The notes below the pieces were generated by a model that did not search any database, was not told the origin of the DNA, and worked only from the letters and a program-made list of their open reading frames with translations. The position numbers were made by a program, and so were the translations under genes. From an uncultured Chloroflexia bacterium (GTDB taxonomy: Bacteria; Chloroflexota; Limnocylindria; Limnocylindrales; CSP1-4), in contig CAWFBS010000016.1 of the NCBI GenBank assembly GCA_963814115.1, forward strand, positions 256,431 through 320,430: DNA of 64,000 bases, read 5' to 3'. Shown piece by piece: positions 59,885-64,000 of the stretch. Position 1 is the first letter of the stretch; the number at the start of each line of letters is the position of its first letter.

Positions 59885-61071
59885 CAGCGGCCGCGCGCCC
59901 GCCCGCGGTCGTCGTTTCAGGTCACACGATGGCGCTCGCCGTGGTGCGAGCCCTCGGCGAGGCGGGCGTGCCGGTCGCGGTCCTCCACTACGACGCGCGT
60001 GATATGGCCCAGGCCTCGAGATACGTGGTCGCCAACGTCCGGATCCCCCATCCGCTGCGCGACGAGGAAGGGTTCATCCAGGCGCTGTTGGATCAGGGTG
60101 AGCAGCTCGGGGGAGGAATCCTGATACCGGCGTCCGACGAGAGCACGGTCGCCGTCTCGCGCCACAAGGGGCGCCTGCAGGCGCGCTACATCGTCGCCTG
60201 TCCTGAGTGGGAGATCACCGAGCGGTTCATCGACAAGGCGAAGACCCACGCGCTGGCTCGAGCGAACGAGGTCCCGACTCCGCGGACGGTGGTTCCGTCC
60301 GGCCCGGAGGATCTCGCGGACCAGGCGGCCCAGATCGGCTTCCCCCTCCTGCTCAAGCCGGCGGAGAGCCACCTGTTCTTCGAGCATTTCAAGCGGAAGA
60401 TGTTCCGCGTAGAGACGCTTGCGGAGCTCAGGAGCTGCTTCCTGAGCTCACGCGACGCCGGGCTGACGGTCGTCCTGCAGGAGATCATTCCCGGCCCGGA
60501 CTCGTCGGTCGTCAACTACAACGCCTACACGTCGGACGGCCAGGCCCTGGTCGAGTTCACGGCTCGCCAGCTCAGGAAGGCACCGCCCGCCATGGGCTCG
60601 CCCCGCGTGGCGATCAGCGAGTGGATCCCCGAAGTGGTCGAACCTGGCCGGAGGATCCTGGCGGCCATGGGCTTCTACGGCTTCGCGTGCACGGAATTCA
60701 AGCTGGACGAGCGTGACGGCCGCTACAAGCTCCTCGAGGTCAACGGGCGCCACAATCTCTCGGGGATGCTTGCAGTCCGATGCGGAGTCAACTTCCCGCT
60801 GATCCAGTACCTGCACCTCTCGGAGGGTGTGACACCATTAGGGGGAACATATCGGAGTGGAATGTACTGGATCGACGTGTTCCGGGACGTTGGATACAGC
60901 CTCGCCTACCTGCGCCGCGAGCAATTCAGCGCATCGGATTACGTGGCCCCGTACGCCCGGCGGCACTGCGACGCCATCCTTGATCGCGGCGACATGGGCC
61001 CCTTCTGGACCCGCTTGCGGTACCTCGTCCGGAACGCCCGATCGACGGCACGAGTCACGTCAGCCGGCTGA
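59881..61071 (+). CDS. ATP-grasp-domain protein (carboxylate-amine ligase-like)
   Basis: The overall organisation is a pre-ATP-grasp Rossmann fold plus an ATP-grasp (IGFPLLLKPAESHLFFEHFKRKMFRV...EFKLDERDGRYKLLEVNGR). The start overlaps the DegT stop. Confidence 0.6.
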   Translation: MTAAARPPAVVVSGHTMALAVVRALGEAGVPVAVLHYDARDMAQASRYVVANVRIPHPLRDEEGFIQALLDQGEQLGGGILIPASDESTVAVSRHKGRLQARYIVACPEWEITERFIDKAKTHALARANEVPTPRTVVPSGPEDLADQAAQIGFPLLLKPAESHLFFEHFKRKMFRVETLAELRSCFLSSRDAGLTVVLQEIIPGPDSSVVNYNAYTSDGQALVEFTARQLRKAPPAMGSPRVAISEWIPEVVEPGRRILAAMGFYGFACTEFKLDERDGRYKLLEVNGRHNLSGMLAVRCGVNFPLIQYLHLSEGVTPLGGTYRSGMYWIDVFRDVGYSLAYLRREQFSASDYVAPYARRHCDAILDRGDMGPFWTRLRYLVRNARSTARVTSAG

Positions 61072-61154
61072 ACACGGGGAACCCAGCAGTCTGGTCCATT
61101 CGAGAGCACGTCGCGGCCTGTTGTGCCGTCTTAGGGAGACGAGGAGCTATATCG

Positions 61155-62042
61155 ATGGAGTCGCGCCGGATCGCATGCAACGCGTGCGGAGCCGACAACT
61201 TCGCGCCGATCTCGACGGTCGACAGCTGGACGATCGGACGTTGCCGGGCATGCGGCCTGGTGTTCGTGAACCCCGCGCCGTTCTTCGGCGCGACCGACGA
61301 GTTCTCGGAGATGTCGCGTGCGTTCGAGTACACGGAGTACATGCACCAGCCCATCAGCCCTGAGATCCTCGCCTTCGAACGTCAGCAACTCCTCGCCAAT
61401 GCCGGTGAGGTGGCCCGCCTGAACGGGAGCAGCGCGGGCCCCGGGCGACCGATGCGGTTTCTCGACATCGGTTGCGGGTCGGGAGCCTCGGTCGGGGCTG
61501 CGTCGGGCCTGGGCTGGGACGCGATCGGGATCGACATCGATCCCCAGCTGATCGCGGAAGGGAGAGCCCAGCTGAAGGTGGACCTGCGGTGCGTGCCCAT
61601 CCTCGAGTGTGGCCTCCCGCCCGGCGAGTTCGACTTCATCAAGCTCCGCGACGTCATCGAGCATGTGCCCAATCCACTCGAGGTCCTCGTCAAAGTCCGG
61701 GAGCTCCTGGCGCCTGGCGGCAACGTCCTCCTCGTCACGCCCAACGAACGCAGCCTGGCAACCCAGGCACGCGTCGTCCTCCGACGCAGGCGCACGCTCG
61801 TCGCAACCGTGCCACCGCCCCACCATCTCCACTCGTTCGGAACGGAGACGCTCGTGCGGACGCTGCACCGTGCGGGTCTCCGCCCGGACACGACGTTCAC
61901 GACGACGCCAACGGACGCCCGCTACGTGACGTCGAGCAATATGGCTCGGGCGAGCCGTCTGACTCTCGTTCGGCCCCTTTGGGCCGCCGGCCGGGCACTG
62001 GGGATGGGGGCCGTGCTGGTGAGCTGGGCGCGGGCGCAGTAA
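61155..62042 (+). CDS. SAM-dependent methyltransferase with an N-terminal CxxC...CxxC zinc ribbon
   Basis: CNACGADN...CRACGLVFVNP, then LDIGCGSGAS, then a methyltransferase fold. Confidence 0.7.
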   Translation: MESRRIACNACGADNFAPISTVDSWTIGRCRACGLVFVNPAPFFGATDEFSEMSRAFEYTEYMHQPISPEILAFERQQLLANAGEVARLNGSSAGPGRPMRFLDIGCGSGASVGAASGLGWDAIGIDIDPQLIAEGRAQLKVDLRCVPILECGLPPGEFDFIKLRDVIEHVPNPLEVLVKVRELLAPGGNVLLVTPNERSLATQARVVLRRRRTLVATVPPPHHLHSFGTETLVRTLHRAGLRPDTTFTTTPTDARYVTSSNMARASRLTLVRPLWAAGRALGMGAVLVSWARAQ

Positions 62043-62056
62043 CGGGATCGCCCGAC

Positions 62057-62746
62057 ATGGGCAGCCACGCGAGTCGAAGACGGACCCGGCTCGGTATCAA
62101 GCGGCTCATCGACGTCGCGGGCGCGGCGACGGTCGCTGTCGTCCTGTTGCCCGTGGTGGTCTGGGTGGCGCTGGGCGTGGCCCTCACCGAGGGGTTCCCG
62201 ATCCTCTTCCGCCAGGAGCGGCCCGGTCTCCGCGGCAAGTCGTTCACGATCTTCAAGTTCCGGACAATGCGCTCTCCCCGACCGGACGAAGTGTGGTACC
62301 TCACGGATGACCAACGCGTCACCCGGTTCGGTCGGTTCCTCCGCACGACGAGCCTCGACGAGCTGCCGGAACTTTGGAACGTCCTGCGCGGGGAGATGAG
62401 CCTCGTGGGACCGCGTCCGCTCCTGACCGAGTATTTGGCGACCTACGCGCCTGACGAGCGGCGGCGACACGACATGCGGCCGGGTATCACGGGCTGGACC
62501 GCCGTGAACGGACGCAATGTGCTCCAGTTCCGTGACCGGCTCGAGCTCGACCTCTGGTACGTCGACCATTGGAGCCTCGGGCTGGACATGCAGATCCTGG
62601 GAATGACCGCGATCCAGGTGCTGCGGCGAACCAACGTCTCGGCTACCGAGGACAAAGGCCTGGGGTTTCCGCTGCCCGGGGTCGAGACCGGCGCGGCCGG
62701 CCAGCCCGATACGCTTGGCGATCCGACCGACGGTGCCAAGTCCTAG
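62057..62746 (+). CDS. Small bacterial sugar transferase (initiating phosphoglycosyltransferase, PglC/WbaP C-terminal-like)
   Basis: A single N-terminal membrane helix. IFKFRTM...DELPELWNVLRGEMSLVGPRP is the Bac_transf signature. Confidence 0.8.
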   Translation: MGSHASRRRTRLGIKRLIDVAGAATVAVVLLPVVVWVALGVALTEGFPILFRQERPGLRGKSFTIFKFRTMRSPRPDEVWYLTDDQRVTRFGRFLRTTSLDELPELWNVLRGEMSLVGPRPLLTEYLATYAPDERRRHDMRPGITGWTAVNGRNVLQFRDRLELDLWYVDHWSLGLDMQILGMTAIQVLRRTNVSATEDKGLGFPLPGVETGAAGQPDTLGDPTDGAKS

Positions 62747-63279
62747 CGGGCACGCGGCGCGGCTGCTCGTGGAAACGAGCTCACGGTCCCTCGGTCGGCC
62801 GCAGCGTTCCCCACCTACGGGTCGTCGAGCACGGCCTGACGTTCGGAAGGCCGGCTGCTACGCATTCCTGCCGATTGAGCCGGGTTGTGCCCAGCACCTA
62901 GGCTGTGCGTCGTCGTCGCCCGCCGTTCAGGTTTCGGTGCAGGATGCCGCTCGATGTGTTCTACGAATGGGGCCGGCTTCTCGCCGCGATGGTCGCCGGC
63001 TTCGCGCTCAGCGCCTCTGTCGGGCTGGTGGTCGCATCGCTCGCAGGTGACCCGCGCCGCTGCCAACAGAGCCGGAGGAGTTCGGGTTCGCGGGCTTCGT
63101 GGGACGGACCCACGGCGCCGGACCCGCGGCGCCGGCCGCCGGCCGGACGCCGTCCAAGAGCCTCGCCTGGGTGACTGACCCGGTCGCCTGGCGCGCCCGT
63201 CCGTGCTCTGACCTGCCGCCCGCCAGGTTGCACGTTGGACCGCGGAGGCACTCAAAGCGGCGACCTGGGCCGCGTTCGG

Positions 63280-64000
63280 TCAGGAGCTCAGGTCGCCCAG
63301 TCGGTCGAGGAGCTCGTCGGCGACAGCCCGGTAGTCGTTGGCCACGAGGCTGGTTGAAGCGTACTGGGTGATCGGCAGCTGGAACGCCGGCGCCTCGGCG
63401 ACCCGGATCGCCTCGCGAACGGCGTGCTCGAGCACGACCGCGCCGAACTGCGCGCGGAGGCGCGAGACGACCTCGCGCGTGTGGACGGTGGCGTTCACGC
63501 GGCAGGCGACGATGCCAAGCAGGCTCATGTTCGGGTTGACCTGGCGTCGAGCACGTTCGATCGAGGCGATGACGCTTGTCACCCCCGGGATCGCGAGCGC
63601 GTGGGCTTCGACCGGGATCACGATGTGGTCGCTGGCGACAAGTGGAGCCAGCGACAGGTACCCGAGTGTCGGTGGCGTGTCGACGAGGATGAGGTCCCAA
63701 TAGTCGGGCAGCCGACGGAACGCGCGCACGATCGCGAGTCCCGTGTTGTTCTCGCTCGCGTCGCCTGACGGCACCAAGCTCGGGCTGGTCGGGACGAGGT
63801 CCACGCCGCGAGCCGTCGACGACTTGACGAGCTCCGAAACACGGATCCCGCCCGCCGAGAACTCGACCAGCCCGATGGGCGACTCGCGGCCGCCGAGCCA
63901 CCTCGTGGCCGACCCCTGCGGATCGAGATCGATTACGAGGATGCGAAGGCCGCGCTCGGCAAGCGCGGCCGCGAAGCTTACCGTGGTCGTTGTCTTGCCG
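63280..64000 (-). CDS. ParA/MinD-family P-loop ATPase (partial; the 5' end lies beyond the window)
   Basis: GKTTTTVSFAAALAERGLRILVIDLDPQG near the window edge; LILVDTPPTLGYLSLAP... The M printed at 63804 in the ORF track is an internal Val. Confidence 0.7.
   Translation of the reverse strand, partial: GKTTTTVSFAAALAERGLRILVIDLDPQGSATRWLGGRESPIGLVEFSAGGIRVSELVKSSTARGVDLVPTSPSLVPSGDASENNTGLAIVRAFRRLPDYWDLILVDTPPTLGYLSLAPLVASDHIVIPVEAHALAIPGVTSVIASIERARRQVNPNMSLLGIVACRVNATVHTREVVSRLRAQFGAVVLEHAVREAIRVAEAPAFQLPITQYASTSLVANDYRAVADELLDRLGDLSS

Noticed and set aside
1-64000. tRNA, rRNA, tmRNA and RNase P genes; IS elements, transposases and integrases
   Set aside because: No T-loop GGTTCGA-type cloverleaf candidates and no conserved RNase P or tmRNA boxes were seen. 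No ORF resembles a DDE transposase or a tyrosine/serine recombinase.

Overview
This is a high-GC (roughly 70%) bacterial chromosomal segment with an actinobacterial or Chloroflexi-like style. It is dense with overlapping genes and many spurious antisense ORFs. All calls below are from reading the sequence; no database search was run.

Contents, left to right:
- 33-2093: an S9 peptidase.
- 2204-6592, minus strand: leuC-leuD followed by a tungsten-type aldehyde:ferredoxin oxidoreductase and a MoaD/ThiS-like gene whose start overlaps the AOR stop codon.
- 6782-8512: a GGDEF-EAL signalling protein.
- 9.0-19.0 kb: a branched-chain amino-acid supraoperon, ilvB-ilvN-ilvC-leuA-leuB-cimA-like, then a small LeuA-regulatory-domain paralog, then pheA. 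Most gene junctions have overlapping stop and start codons. A Leu-codon-rich leader plus an intrinsic terminator sits upstream of ilvB, which looks like an attenuator.
- 19.0-24.3 kb: a copper/iron uptake cluster (EfeU/FTR1-like permease, a membrane protein, a YcnI-positioned secreted protein, a CopC-CopD fusion, a DUF4399-like lipoprotein).
- 24.3-25.8 kb: a LivK-type solute-binding lipoprotein with a G/S/Y-rich repeat insertion.
- 26.0-31.0 kb: a CPBP protease with N-terminal 13-aa repeats, a secreted anchored protein, a DUF853/HerA-like ATPase and an aldehyde dehydrogenase, all co-directional.
- 31-35 kb: a small accessory patch (tryptophan-rich membrane protein, AlkA-like glycosylase, low-GC VapBC toxin-antitoxin pair, MDR oxidoreductase, VanZ).
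- 34.9-62.7 kb: a roughly 28-kb surface-glycan or protein-glycosylation locus. It has PglF/CapD-like, DegT, PglC-like phosphoglycosyltransferase, ATP-grasp, two FemAB-like GNATs, two methyltransferases, three GT1s, an epimerase, a MurJ/Wzx-like flippase, a Wzc-like tyrosine kinase, a Wzy_C protein, a deacetylase, and three tandem paralogs of a secreted beta-helix protein (one decayed) carrying (SPSPSATP)n linkers.
- 63280-64000: a partial parA-like gene at the window end.

Several conserved genes (leuC, alkA-like, the MDR oxidoreductase, a GNAT) carry single-base frameshifts, at least one in a G homopolymer. This points to sequencing or assembly indel errors rather than real pseudogenes.

No rRNA, tRNA, CRISPR array, transposase or integrase was recognised.
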